A DNA stretch of 44,904 nt from an uncultured Ignavibacteriota bacterium (lineage in GTDB: Bacteria; Bacteroidota; Ignavibacteria; UBA10030; UBA8401), in the NCBI GenBank assembly GCA_903907305.1, contig CAIVNT010000208.1:1-44904 (forward strand). Direction: 5' to 3'. Numbering within the stretch: position 1 is the stretch's first letter; each line of letters starts with the position of its first letter. A program made the translations under genes and the position numbers. Shown piece by piece: positions 8,696-17,655 of this stretch. The notes under the pieces are model-generated. The model did not search any database. It was not told the DNA's origin and worked only from the letters and a program-made list of their open reading frames with translations.

Positions 8696-10186
8696 TTACA
8701 GGTCGCCGACGGCACTGACCAATCTCTGCCACAACTCGCTGCCGTTCTCCCCATTTGTCATGATCACAATTCCCGAGCCGTTCTCAGGATCGAACTGCGA
8801 ATAGCAACGGAATCCTGTCTGATTGGAACCGCTATGATAGACGATGTTCCCCGTGATAGTAGAATCGATCGCCCAGCCGAGTCCGCGGAATGAGAAGAGT
8901 CCCATCGCTTTGCCCGGTCTGTCGGTTACCTCGCGCACATCCGAGCGGACCTGATGAGTGAGCATTTCTTTTCTCATCGACGAAGAAAGAATCGGACCAG
9001 ATTTCATGATACCGATGATGATCTTTGCATATTCTTCGGGTGTAGTATAGAGCGTGTAGGCGGCGTTTCCGCGGAGATATCTACTTCGTTCATTGTTCTT
9101 TCCTGCGGCATCATGTCCGGTGGAAATGAACGGATTCAATTGTTCCGTCCAGACAAAGCTGGTGTGCGACAACGAAAGCTTATCGAACAGCATCCGTTTG
9201 GCAAGTGACGCGAGCGGCTCATTCATGATATGTTCTACAACTCTCTGAAGATAGAACATCCCTTCACCCGAATAACTGAACTTTGTTCCCGGTTTGAAAT
9301 AGAGCGGGATCGGCGCATTCCGTTCATCTCCCGCTTTGCGCCAGTTCGGCATGCCGCTGGTGTGCGTCAGGATCATCCGTGCGGTGATCTGTTTCGAATA
9401 CGATTCATCAACGGAAACGAATCGTTCCGGCAGATAATGATAGAGCGGTTTGTCCAGATCCAACTTTTTCTGATCAACAAGCTGCAGAACAACGAACGAA
9501 AAGACCGGTTTGCTCATGGAGCATGCTTCGAACATGGTCTCTGTCGTTACGGCCGTCTCCAGTGATTCGTCTGAAACGCCGAATGCTTTGGACCATTCGA
9601 CTGTGTTGTTCTTGATAATGCTGATAGATACTCCGGGAACATGCAGTTCTTTCATTACGTCCGGTGTTAGCCGTTCAAGCTGTAGTATGACATCGGAAAG
9701 TTCATGTGAAACGTTCAGTGAATTCTTATCAATTACCAGAAGGGAAGTGTACGCTCCCCAGCGCACACTCAGATCCTTGTCCGATAACAATCGGACCAAT
9801 TCAGCAGCAGCAGAAGCCGCATTCGTTTTGTATTTACCAAGTGCGATGGCGGAACACCAGCGCACATCACTTTTCTTATCCTTCAACGAGAGCGTGAGTG
9901 CTGGAATTGCCCGAATCCCTTTCGGCGCGATCTTTCCAAGAGCGATCGCGGAACAGATGCGCACGTCGGCGCTGCTGTCCGACAGAGAACGGATGAGCGG
10001 ATCGACTGCTTTTTCACCATAGCGGACGATCTGAGTGATGGCATCACCGTGGACGAACGGATCGGCGGAGGAGAATTGCGCGATGAGTGATGCGATATTT
10101 TTTTCATCCGATAGATTTGAATTCAGGGCATCAAGGTGAACGAACAACGTGAACAAAAAACTCAGAACAATGATCGGTGTTTTCAT
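8696..10186 (-). CDS. Secreted HEAT-repeat domain fused to a serine hydrolase (class C beta-lactamase / PBP-like family)
   Basis: Signal peptide; HEAT/PBS-lyase-like repeats (DVRICSAIALGKI, DVRWCSAIALGKY, SVRWGAYTSL); then the SxxK nucleophile motif (CSMSK) and the YSGEG region of the beta-lactamase fold. Confidence 0.8.
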   Translation of the reverse strand: MKTPIIVLSFLFTLFVHLDALNSNLSDEKNIASLIAQFSSADPFVHGDAITQIVRYGEKAVDPLIRSLSDSSADVRICSAIALGKIAPKGIRAIPALTLSLKDKKSDVRWCSAIALGKYKTNAASAAAELVRLLSDKDLSVRWGAYTSLLVIDKNSLNVSHELSDVILQLERLTPDVMKELHVPGVSISIIKNNTVEWSKAFGVSDESLETAVTTETMFEACSMSKPVFSFVVLQLVDQKKLDLDKPLYHYLPERFVSVDESYSKQITARMILTHTSGMPNWRKAGDERNAPIPLYFKPGTKFSYSGEGMFYLQRVVEHIMNEPLASLAKRMLFDKLSLSHTSFVWTEQLNPFISTGHDAAGKNNERSRYLRGNAAYTLYTTPEEYAKIIIGIMKSGPILSSSMRKEMLTHQVRSDVREVTDRPGKAMGLFSFRGLGWAIDSTITGNIVYHSGSNQTGFRCYSQFDPENGSGIVIMTNGENGSELWQRLVSAVGDL

Positions 10187-10372
10187 AATAGTGATCCGTG
10201 TTTAATGAAAAGCGGAAGGGGAAATATCCAAATATTGTCATTCCGAAACCCGCTCTCTATTTCACAACGCGGGGTGAGGAATCTGAATTATGTTTTTTGT
10301 GTAAGATTTCTCATCCCGATGTCCTATGCAAAATCCGTGAACATCGGGATTTGAAATGACAATCCAGTGTAT

Positions 10373-11374
10373 TTACTTATATATCTTTGTACAACGAGAG
10401 GAACTTCCCAGCTCTTTCTCAAATGAAAAGATGATCGGCAGTCCGCCGGTGTGGATGAAGATGACCGGAATGTTCCTGTCGATGATGTTCTTTTCCACCA
10501 GATCGATCAGAGCGGCCATGACCTTTCCAGTGTAGACGGGATCGAGCAGGATTCCTTCAAATTCCGCGCAGAGTCGGATCGCCTGTTCGCCTTCGTTTGT
10601 CATCACACCATATTCGGAATGATAGCGGTCATAACATTCGATCGGTATCTGTTCCGTGTTACTCTGAATGTTCAGCAGAGCAGCACTTTTTTTGAGCAGT
10701 TCTTTTGTTCTCTGTGTGATCCCTTCAATTGTCCGCGAAACGCTGATGCCGATGACCCGCGCCTGCGGAAGGTACAGCGAGCAGCCCAGGATGGTTCCCG
10801 CAAATGTTCCGCAGGAACCGATGCCGGTGATGATCTGAACGGGTCCATCCGGAAATTGTACTGATAATTCCTTCATCGCTTTCACATACCCGAGAGCGCC
10901 GGTGCCGGTACTTCCGCCGATGGGAAGAAGATACGGCTTTCGTCCCTGCGCCGTGAGTTCTGAACCCCAGCGTTTCATTTCATCCGTCAAACGGTCATTC
11001 GCATCATCATCCACAAGATAACGGATCTCCGCTCCGAACAGCGAATCGAGCAGGATGTTTCCTTGAAGGTCCGTGAAGTCCGGGCCGCCGAGGACGAGTT
11101 TCACGTCGAGTCCCAGTTTTCGCGCCGCCGCCGCGGTCATTCGTGCGTGATTGGATTGGATGCCGCCGGCAGTGACGACAACATCATAACCGCCGCTGAC
11201 GATCTCCGCGAAGATGTATTCGAGTTTTCGGGCCTTGTTCCCGCCACCTGCGAGTCCGGTCAGATCGTCGCGCTTCATCATCAGTTTCGACAGACCGAGT
11301 TTCTTTGCAAGGCGCGGCAGTTCATCGAGTGGCGTAGGGAGGTTGGCAAGGGGAGTGTATGGAATATAGTTCAT
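10373..11374 (-). CDS. PLP-dependent D-cysteine desulfhydrase / ACC deaminase family enzyme
   Basis: KRDDLTGLAGGGNKARKLEYIFAE (PLP lysine motif of this family) and GG.QSNHAR. Confidence 0.85.
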   Translation of the reverse strand: MNYIPYTPLANLPTPLDELPRLAKKLGLSKLMMKRDDLTGLAGGGNKARKLEYIFAEIVSGGYDVVVTAGGIQSNHARMTAAAARKLGLDVKLVLGGPDFTDLQGNILLDSLFGAEIRYLVDDDANDRLTDEMKRWGSELTAQGRKPYLLPIGGSTGTGALGYVKAMKELSVQFPDGPVQIITGIGSCGTFAGTILGCSLYLPQARVIGISVSRTIEGITQRTKELLKKSAALLNIQSNTEQIPIECYDRYHSEYGVMTNEGEQAIRLCAEFEGILLDPVYTGKVMAALIDLVEKNIIDRNIPVIFIHTGGLPIIFSFEKELGSSSRCTKIYK

Positions 11375-11726
11375 CTTTATCAGTGTTCGTTAAAGACCGG
11401 CAACCTTCGCCATGATGAAATTATTTTTTCGAATCTTTTCAGGATCTAATTCTCTGCCGCGAGGTTATTCATTTTTTGAAAAATCTTAAAGGTTGGTCTC
11501 AGTATGACCAAGTCATGCTGAGCGAAGCATCCAGAGCATCCTTGCTGAATGTAATATGCTCTGGATCTTTCGGTCGTCCTATAATAAATTTTTTGATGAC
11601 TCCCTCAAGATGACCAATGATTTCATAGCCGTGGTCATTCGATAGAATGATGCCTTCGAATCCCCGATCATCAGGTCTCAAAGCGATGGTTCCCCCATAG
11701 TGATCCCTTCGGGAACAAGTAAATAT

Positions 11727-12872
11727 TCAAACATTCTTGACTGTTTCGATGGTTTCATTATAGACAACCCCGCGCTCTTTCAAACCGTTGAGCATGAATT
11801 CTACGCATTCCGGCTGCTGTCCGATGAATTCCGGCGGTGAGATCCCTTTCCGTGTGAACAATCCTTTCGCGACCATCCGTAGGGCGGTGGTAGCGGTGTA
11901 TCCAGTCACGCGGGACATGGAGTGGACATTCGTCGCAGCATCGTGACGATCGAACAGATCGTACGTGTAACGGATTCTGTCGTTCCCCTTTTTCCCTTCG
12001 ACGATCACTTTCATCACCGTGAATTCTTCGTCATTCTCTTTCAGTTCCCACATCGGAAAGAGGAGTTTCGTCGCGACATCCAGCGGACGAACCTTGACCC
12101 CTTTTACATCGATCTCCTTTTCACTGAAGAATCCCGATTCGCGAAGGACCATGATCTTCTCGATATGTCCCGGATAACGCAATGTTTTTTCTTTCATGTT
12201 CGGCGCTTTCAGTGTGACCGCAAGTGAGCGAAGTCCATCACTGTTGAACGCTTCGAGCGTGCCGATATTCGGGAAGGAAAGGAATTCCGGATCGGAAAGA
12301 GCGGGACGAGTCACCAGGACGCCGTTCTCCACATAGCGGGCAGGACGCGTGTACTCTTCGATGACATCGATGGGAGAGAACGGAGCTTTATATTCGTACG
12401 GCCAAGTGCGGATAAAGGGGAGTCCTCCGACGTAGATCAGCACGGTCTCAGTGGAATCGAGCAAATGATCGACATGGCCGGCGAGAAGATTGCTCATACC
12501 GGGAGCAACGCCGCAGTCCGTCACCGCGATGACATTCTTTTCTTTAGCAAGCGCATCGAGCAGAAAGCAGTCCTCCGGAAAGAATGCGATATCCACCACG
12601 TTCTTACCGGCGGAGATAATCTGTTTCATCGTGTTGAATCCCATAAACCCGGGGACGGCATTCAGGACGATATCGGCCGGCGCTAATAATTTTTTCAGTT
12701 CTTCGCTGTTTGAAAGATCTGCCTGGATCTTTTTGATTGGCAGCGCAGAAGGAATTTTATTGAGGCTGTCCGCGCTGCGATCAGCAACGGTGACAGTGAA
12801 TGATGGATCGTGTGCAAGATCGGCCGCCATGGGGCGTCCGACAAGGCCTGAGCCGAGGACGAGGACGTTCAT
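11727..12872 (-). CDS. Saccharopine dehydrogenase family NAD(P)-binding oxidoreductase
   Basis: MNVLVLGSGLVGR Rossmann start at 12872 (ATG); family pattern ...NAVPGFMGF..., EKTLRYPGH. Confidence 0.8.
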   Translation of the reverse strand: MNVLVLGSGLVGRPMAADLAHDPSFTVTVADRSADSLNKIPSALPIKKIQADLSNSEELKKLLAPADIVLNAVPGFMGFNTMKQIISAGKNVVDIAFFPEDCFLLDALAKEKNVIAVTDCGVAPGMSNLLAGHVDHLLDSTETVLIYVGGLPFIRTWPYEYKAPFSPIDVIEEYTRPARYVENGVLVTRPALSDPEFLSFPNIGTLEAFNSDGLRSLAVTLKAPNMKEKTLRYPGHIEKIMVLRESGFFSEKEIDVKGVKVRPLDVATKLLFPMWELKENDEEFTVMKVIVEGKKGNDRIRYTYDLFDRHDAATNVHSMSRVTGYTATTALRMVAKGLFTRKGISPPEFIGQQPECVEFMLNGLKERGVVYNETIETVKNV

Positions 12873-12907
12873 TGATTCTCCAAGTAATAAAATAATTTTT
12901 ATGAACA

Positions 12908-12940
12908 CCTTCCAGGTTTTAAAAACCTGGAAGGTTTTTT
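12908..12940 (+). terminator. Terminator-like hairpin (11-bp stem CCTTCCAGGTT/AACCTGGAAGG plus T6) with no plus-strand gene upstream
   Basis: Read directly from the sequence. The T-run follows the stem only on the plus strand. Confidence 0.4.
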
Positions 12941-13281
12941 GCTATTCGTTTTGAAAATGTGTCGCACTTTGTCTGAATGCAGTGAAGAATCTGAGAGACG
13001 TATGATTAATATCAGATTCCCCGCTTGACCGACGTCAGTCGGGCAGGTTCGTCCCGCTGAGGAAAAAAATTTGAGCGGACTCGGAATGACAATGGTTAAA
13101 GAGTAACAAAGAGAAGCAGAATCATAGTCCGCTGAAACGATTCATGTAGCAGATCGTTGCACTCAGATTCTGTATATGGGAAGTGTGTGTGATTGATTGT
13201 CCTCGTTAAAGAGTTGAACGCTGTAACGCACTCAATGTATCGAAGCGCCGATACGAAATCAAGTATCGGCCAGTCATCTTT

Positions 13282-15210
13282 TTACTTTACCAAAAGTAGT
13301 TTTCTCGTCTGGAAGAACGTTCCCGACTCCAATCTGCAGAGATATATTCCCGCAGAAACATCCGCGTTCCATTGCACGCTGTGCGAACCGGCTTCGATCG
13401 TGCCGTTCACCAGTGTTGCCACATTCTGTCCCAGCACGTTGAATATCCGCAGTGTCACGTGCGATGATTGCGGAACGTCGAACTGAATGGTGGTGCTCGG
13501 GTTGAATGGATTGGGATAGTTCTGTTCCAGCCGGAACTCTTTCGGCAGAATAGCGAACGCATCGTTCACCGATGCCGGTGAAGAAACGATGCGGATATCA
13601 TCCAGCCATAATTCCTTTCCCGTAAGACTTGCCTGTTCCGCGACGATCTCAAAACGGTCAACTGCTTTCCAATCAAATAATCCGGAAGGATTGTACCACG
13701 TGCTGTCCCACGAGCCAGTCTCGGACATGTTTTTTAACTGAATGGAATAGGTATGCCAGTTCCCGTCCCACGCAATGTTGAGACCGGTAACGGTCGAGCT
13801 CATCCGCCAGGGATGGTCGGAAGGACCGCTCTTTGAGTCGATGAACCGTACATCGAACTTGAGTCCGGGCGAAGAACTCTTTACACGCATCTGAAGCCAG
13901 TATCCGTTGTTCTTCAGCAGCGAAAGGTCCTTGTCCGGAACAAAATCAAAACCGACACGGTCGTATTGCGCGCCGTTCTTCCAGTTGATGCAGTATTTTC
14001 CACTGAATGGTGCAGGTGCATAGAGATCGATGCCCGCTCCGTTGTTGGACTGGACAACATTCTGTCCGAAATAATCTCCGTACAATTCCACTGCGGACGA
14101 ATCCGGCTTGATCGAAAAGATACTTTGAGGAGGAACGTTGAATCCCAATGCCGAAATGAGCGGAACATTCAGATCATAGTCGAACATCGCCGCGGAGCCT
14201 TTTTTGAAGATGCCGAAACCTCCCTGATAATCCCACGATGTCCATGCGATCCCCTTCTCTTCAAGATAGGAACGGACAGTCTGGTAATATCGAACCCGGT
14301 CCTCGTTGATGCTGTTCCTGTCGAACGCACCGAACTCACCGCAGAAGAGTTTTACATTTTTGTTCTTTTGAAAATTCACCGCAATGTCGAGGATTTTCTT
14401 GACATTCGCCGCCGTCCCGATCGTGCTGTAGTTATTGTAATCATTTTGGTAATATGTGCCGTTCAGCGCTGCAGGGAACACCGGCATGCGTGCAGCATCG
14501 TAGGGAAAAGGAATTCCCGCAAGCGGCTCCATGGAGGGAGAGGCCCAACTTGCTCCCTGATGCGAGAAGATGAACGGGTCGTAAAAATGGAATGTATAGA
14601 TGAGATTGGTATCCGGATACCAGGGCATCGCATTGAGATTGTTGTAACTGTTCCAGCCCGCAGGACCGATGACGATGGTATGTTTCGTATCCACGGAACG
14701 GATAGTATCGATCACCATCTGCTGAATGATGTTCCAAACGATATCATTGATGCCGTGCGGTTCGTTCAGCACCTCATAATAGACCAGCGGCGACCGATCC
14801 TTAAAATGCGCGGCCATCTGCTTCCATACCGGCGCGAGAATGATGCCGACATTCGGCTGCGTATTCACCGCAGGGTCGAAACTATGGTTGTCCAATATAA
14901 TATGCAGCCCGAGCTCTTCCGCCCAGTTCACCGCTTCATCAAGAAAATCGAACAATAGTGGATCGATGGTATAATCCGGTGCACCCGATGTCATATTGTG
15001 CATGGCGATGGGAAGACGGATCACGTCACAGCCGAGCGATTTGATGTTCTGAAAATCCTTTTTCGTATATTTCGTGAATTGGATCTGCCGGGCACTCGGC
15101 TGCTCCATCCATGTGCTCAGGTTGACGCCGCGTTTGAACGGTACCTCTCCGGCCGGAAGGGATGTTACAAACGGGAAAATTAACAGTGCTGAAAAAATAA
15201 ATTGTCTCAT
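13282..15210 (-). CDS. GH5 glycoside hydrolase (cellulase/mannanase-type) with a beta-sandwich domain and a T9SS C-terminal sorting domain
   Basis: VLNEPHG (acid/base Glu) and CGEFGA (nucleophile Glu). C-terminal EQNYPNPFNPSTTIQF...GIYLCRL...KLLLVK tail. The real start is probably MRQFIF at 15210, since the upstream extension is built from a repeat arm. Confidence 0.85.
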   Translation of the reverse strand: MRQFIFSALLIFPFVTSLPAGEVPFKRGVNLSTWMEQPSARQIQFTKYTKKDFQNIKSLGCDVIRLPIAMHNMTSGAPDYTIDPLLFDFLDEAVNWAEELGLHIILDNHSFDPAVNTQPNVGIILAPVWKQMAAHFKDRSPLVYYEVLNEPHGINDIVWNIIQQMVIDTIRSVDTKHTIVIGPAGWNSYNNLNAMPWYPDTNLIYTFHFYDPFIFSHQGASWASPSMEPLAGIPFPYDAARMPVFPAALNGTYYQNDYNNYSTIGTAANVKKILDIAVNFQKNKNVKLFCGEFGAFDRNSINEDRVRYYQTVRSYLEEKGIAWTSWDYQGGFGIFKKGSAAMFDYDLNVPLISALGFNVPPQSIFSIKPDSSAVELYGDYFGQNVVQSNNGAGIDLYAPAPFSGKYCINWKNGAQYDRVGFDFVPDKDLSLLKNNGYWLQMRVKSSSPGLKFDVRFIDSKSGPSDHPWRMSSTVTGLNIAWDGNWHTYSIQLKNMSETGSWDSTWYNPSGLFDWKAVDRFEIVAEQASLTGKELWLDDIRIVSSPASVNDAFAILPKEFRLEQNYPNPFNPSTTIQFDVPQSSHVTLRIFNVLGQNVATLVNGTIEAGSHSVQWNADVSAGIYLCRLESGTFFQTRKLLLVK

Positions 15211-15229
15211 TAGTATCCTTAAAGAGTTT

Positions 15230-15314
15230 GCCACGAAAGCACGAAGACACAAATGATGGAAAAGAATATTCCACTAAATATTTGTGGGATTTTGTGCCTT
15301 GGTGCTTTTGTGGC
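15230..15314. repeat. 24-nt imperfect inverted repeat (GCCACGAAAGCACGAAGACACAAA / TTTGTGCCTTGGTGCTTTTGTGGC, 21/24) with a 37-nt spacer
   Basis: Read directly from the sequence. Lies between the AraC stop (15328) and the GH5 start (15210). Confidence 0.75.
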
Positions 15315-15327
15315 GAATATGTAAACG

Positions 15328-16485
15328 CTATTCCGTTATTGTCTTCAAATACTGCTTTCGATATTCAGACGGAGTTTGCCCACACTGCTCTTTGAAGAGT
15401 GTGTTGAACGTTGCCTTCGAATTGAAACCCGCATCGAACGCGATGGAAATAATCTTCAGATGCTGTTTTGTGGGATCCGCAAGGTCCTTCTTCACTTCGT
15501 CAAGCCGGTATCCGTTCACAAAATCGTAGAAATTCTTTTTCAGTCTTGTGTTGATCACTTCGGAAAGATTGTGCGCCGAAACAGAGAGTGCTTCCGAAAG
15601 TTCGGTAAGCGTCAACTGACTGTTCCGGTAGAACTTCTTCTCTTCCATCAAACGAAGAAGGGATACGTGCAGCAGATCTGCCGTCTCTTCGGTCAGTCCG
15701 GACCGTTCATATTTGACCGCTGCCGTCTGTTCGATCTCCTCCACCACATGCATCGCTTTTTCTACGACAGGATCGGCAAGCACTTCGGTCTTTACGAGTC
15801 CTCCGTACCCCATTCCATAGACATACATCGCGAATCCAATGGAGGAGAGGATAAAATTGGAGATGTTGATGCCGCGAAGCATCAGCAGGTCTTCAATCAC
15901 AAAAAGGGAAACAGCAGCGAGTCCGGCAATAGTGATATTCCGCAGCCAGGTCAGTCGGATCGTTTCGACGGATGAAGCGACATCTTTCACATGAAGATCG
16001 TACCGATTGATCGAACGGATGCTGAGTCCAAGATATGTAAGTCCTTGAAGCATGACCATGATGTTGAACAGCCTCAACAGCACAGGAGTAGCCGCAGCAT
16101 CTGCAATCCCTTCCTGCGAAAGGTCGATCGTGGAGGCCGAAATGGAAACGATCAGGATGATCTCGTACACGGCAAACAGAATGAAATGCAGAAGTTCCTT
16201 TGACGTGAACCGCTGCGAACGTGCGATGAGATGTTTTGTATAGAGCCAGTGAAGCGGAAGTGCGATGAGCGGGAATCCGCTGATCAGAAAGATGTACGGG
16301 AGTTGGACGTAGATCCCGGTATCCTGCAGCAGCAGGTGAACGAGTACGAGCGTGTAGCTGAACATGAGCATCGCAAGATAGCGGTTTGCGAATACTGCGT
16401 GGTGCTTCTGCACGATCAGCACGGAGAGCAGGAATCCCTGCGCGGCAGCGATGATGACCAGGATATTCGGAAGATTCAATTCCAT
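15328..16485 (-). CDS. AraC-family transcription regulator with a multi-pass N-terminal membrane domain
   Basis: About six hydrophobic helices followed by a C-terminal HTH_AraC (LTLTELSEALSVSAHNLSEVIN..., IAFDAGFNSKATFNTLFKEQCGQTPSEYR). Confidence 0.85.
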   Translation of the reverse strand: MELNLPNILVIIAAAQGFLLSVLIVQKHHAVFANRYLAMLMFSYTLVLVHLLLQDTGIYVQLPYIFLISGFPLIALPLHWLYTKHLIARSQRFTSKELLHFILFAVYEIILIVSISASTIDLSQEGIADAAATPVLLRLFNIMVMLQGLTYLGLSIRSINRYDLHVKDVASSVETIRLTWLRNITIAGLAAVSLFVIEDLLMLRGINISNFILSSIGFAMYVYGMGYGGLVKTEVLADPVVEKAMHVVEEIEQTAAVKYERSGLTEETADLLHVSLLRLMEEKKFYRNSQLTLTELSEALSVSAHNLSEVINTRLKKNFYDFVNGYRLDEVKKDLADPTKQHLKIISIAFDAGFNSKATFNTLFKEQCGQTPSEYRKQYLKTITE

Positions 16486-16590
16486 GATGAAAGATAGCGG
16501 TAAATGAGATGAACAACAACGGACAAAAACCGGCAGTCCATTTCTGGACGAATTGTATGAACACCAACTAAATGCTACATTGGTCAGTCA

Positions 16591-17298
16591 TTGCCCATAA
16601 AATTCATTGGAGTTCATTTGTACAAACTTATTTTAGCAGATGCAGACGATACGCTCTTTGATTTCAGTGCGACCGAACATTTCGCCGTTGAACGAACCTT
16701 TACCGGAATGGATGCCGGCATCCCGCAGGAAGAACTTATTGCCGAATATCACCGCATTAACAAGATCCTTTGGAAAGAAGTGGAGATCGGAACGATGGAC
16801 ACGAAGCGGATCCGTTCGGAACGCTTCCGGAGGCTGTTTGTTAAATTGAATCTCCGGCATTCAGCAATAGAATACGGTGAACGGTATATCGGTTATCTGA
16901 GTGAAGGAACGACACTGCTGGATGGTGCGGAGGAGCTGTGCCGGATGTGGAGTGCGCGTTGTCCGTTGGTGATCGTCACAAACGGAATCGCCGATGTGCA
17001 GCGGACAAGGATCGAACATTCTACAATCCGTAATTTTATCAGCGGCATCATTATTTCAGAAGAGGTGGGGAAAAGCAAGCCAGACGCACGCATGTTCGAA
17101 GCGGCATTGAAGTGCGTGAATCATACGGATAAACAGAGCGTTCTGATGGTTGGAGATTCTCTTACGTCGGATATTCTGGGAGGCATAAATTTCGGCATCG
17201 ATACATGCTGGTACAATCCGAAAAGCCTGCCGAATACGCTGAATGCAAAGCCGACGTATCAGGTGAAAACACTCAGCGAACTGTTGGGTATCATTTAA
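16591..17298 (+). CDS. HAD-superfamily hydrolase, YjjG-like (noncanonical pyrimidine nucleotidase family)
   Basis: DADDTLFDF (DxDxT motif I), VTNG (motif II), GKSKPD and VGDSLTSDILGG (motifs III/IV). Only TTG starts are available (16591 or 16618). Confidence 0.8.
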   Translation: MPIKFIGVHLYKLILADADDTLFDFSATEHFAVERTFTGMDAGIPQEELIAEYHRINKILWKEVEIGTMDTKRIRSERFRRLFVKLNLRHSAIEYGERYIGYLSEGTTLLDGAEELCRMWSARCPLVIVTNGIADVQRTRIEHSTIRNFISGIIISEEVGKSKPDARMFEAALKCVNHTDKQSVLMVGDSLTSDILGGINFGIDTCWYNPKSLPNTLNAKPTYQVKTLSELLGII

Positions 17299-17618
17299 TT
17301 TCACCGCAGAGTTCGCAGAGCACGCGGAGAAATAATGCAGCCCCTGACAGCATTCAAGTTGTATCCACCACGGAGAATAAATGTAGGAACGGACGTTTAC
17401 CCGCCAGTCATGGTGAGCGAGCACCAAATCCTTCTTAAGAGCGAGTCGAACCATGGCGGGCAAGTCTGTTCTGAAGCAATAGAACACGGATCACACGGAA
17501 AGAACGGATCCGCACGGGTAAATATTTTACACCGCGTCATTCCCGCGTGATCCTGGCGGGAATCCACGTAAATGAGATGTAGGACACATATTGTAATAGA
17601 AAGTATTTAAAACAAAAA

Positions 17619-17637
17619 ATCCCGCACGAGGCGGGAT
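17619..17637. terminator. Bidirectional rho-independent terminator (ATCCCGC-acgag-GCGGGAT flanked by A6/T6)
   Basis: Read directly from the sequence. Lies 19 nt downstream of the typA stop. Confidence 0.75.
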
Positions 17638-17655
17638 TTTTTGTTTTGCGGTCGA

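Noticed and set aside
11640-11665. TTCGAATCC string resembling a tRNA T-loop
   Set aside because: The flanking bases cannot form a T-stem or an acceptor stem. No tRNA cloverleaf can be drawn here or elsewhere in the window.
13966-14958. 330-aa plus-strand ORF antisense to the GH5 gene
   Set aside because: This is a shadow ORF. It is Arg/His/Ile/Asp-rich with no motifs, while the opposite strand carries the GH5 catalytic NEP and GEFG motifs.
17056-17487. 143-aa minus-strand ORF in the HAD-typA spacer
   Set aside because: Its sequence is assembled from the dispersed hairpin/repeat modules (for example MVRLALKKDLVLAHHDWRVN from the 17400-17460 hairpin) and overlaps the end of the HAD gene. It is not a real gene.
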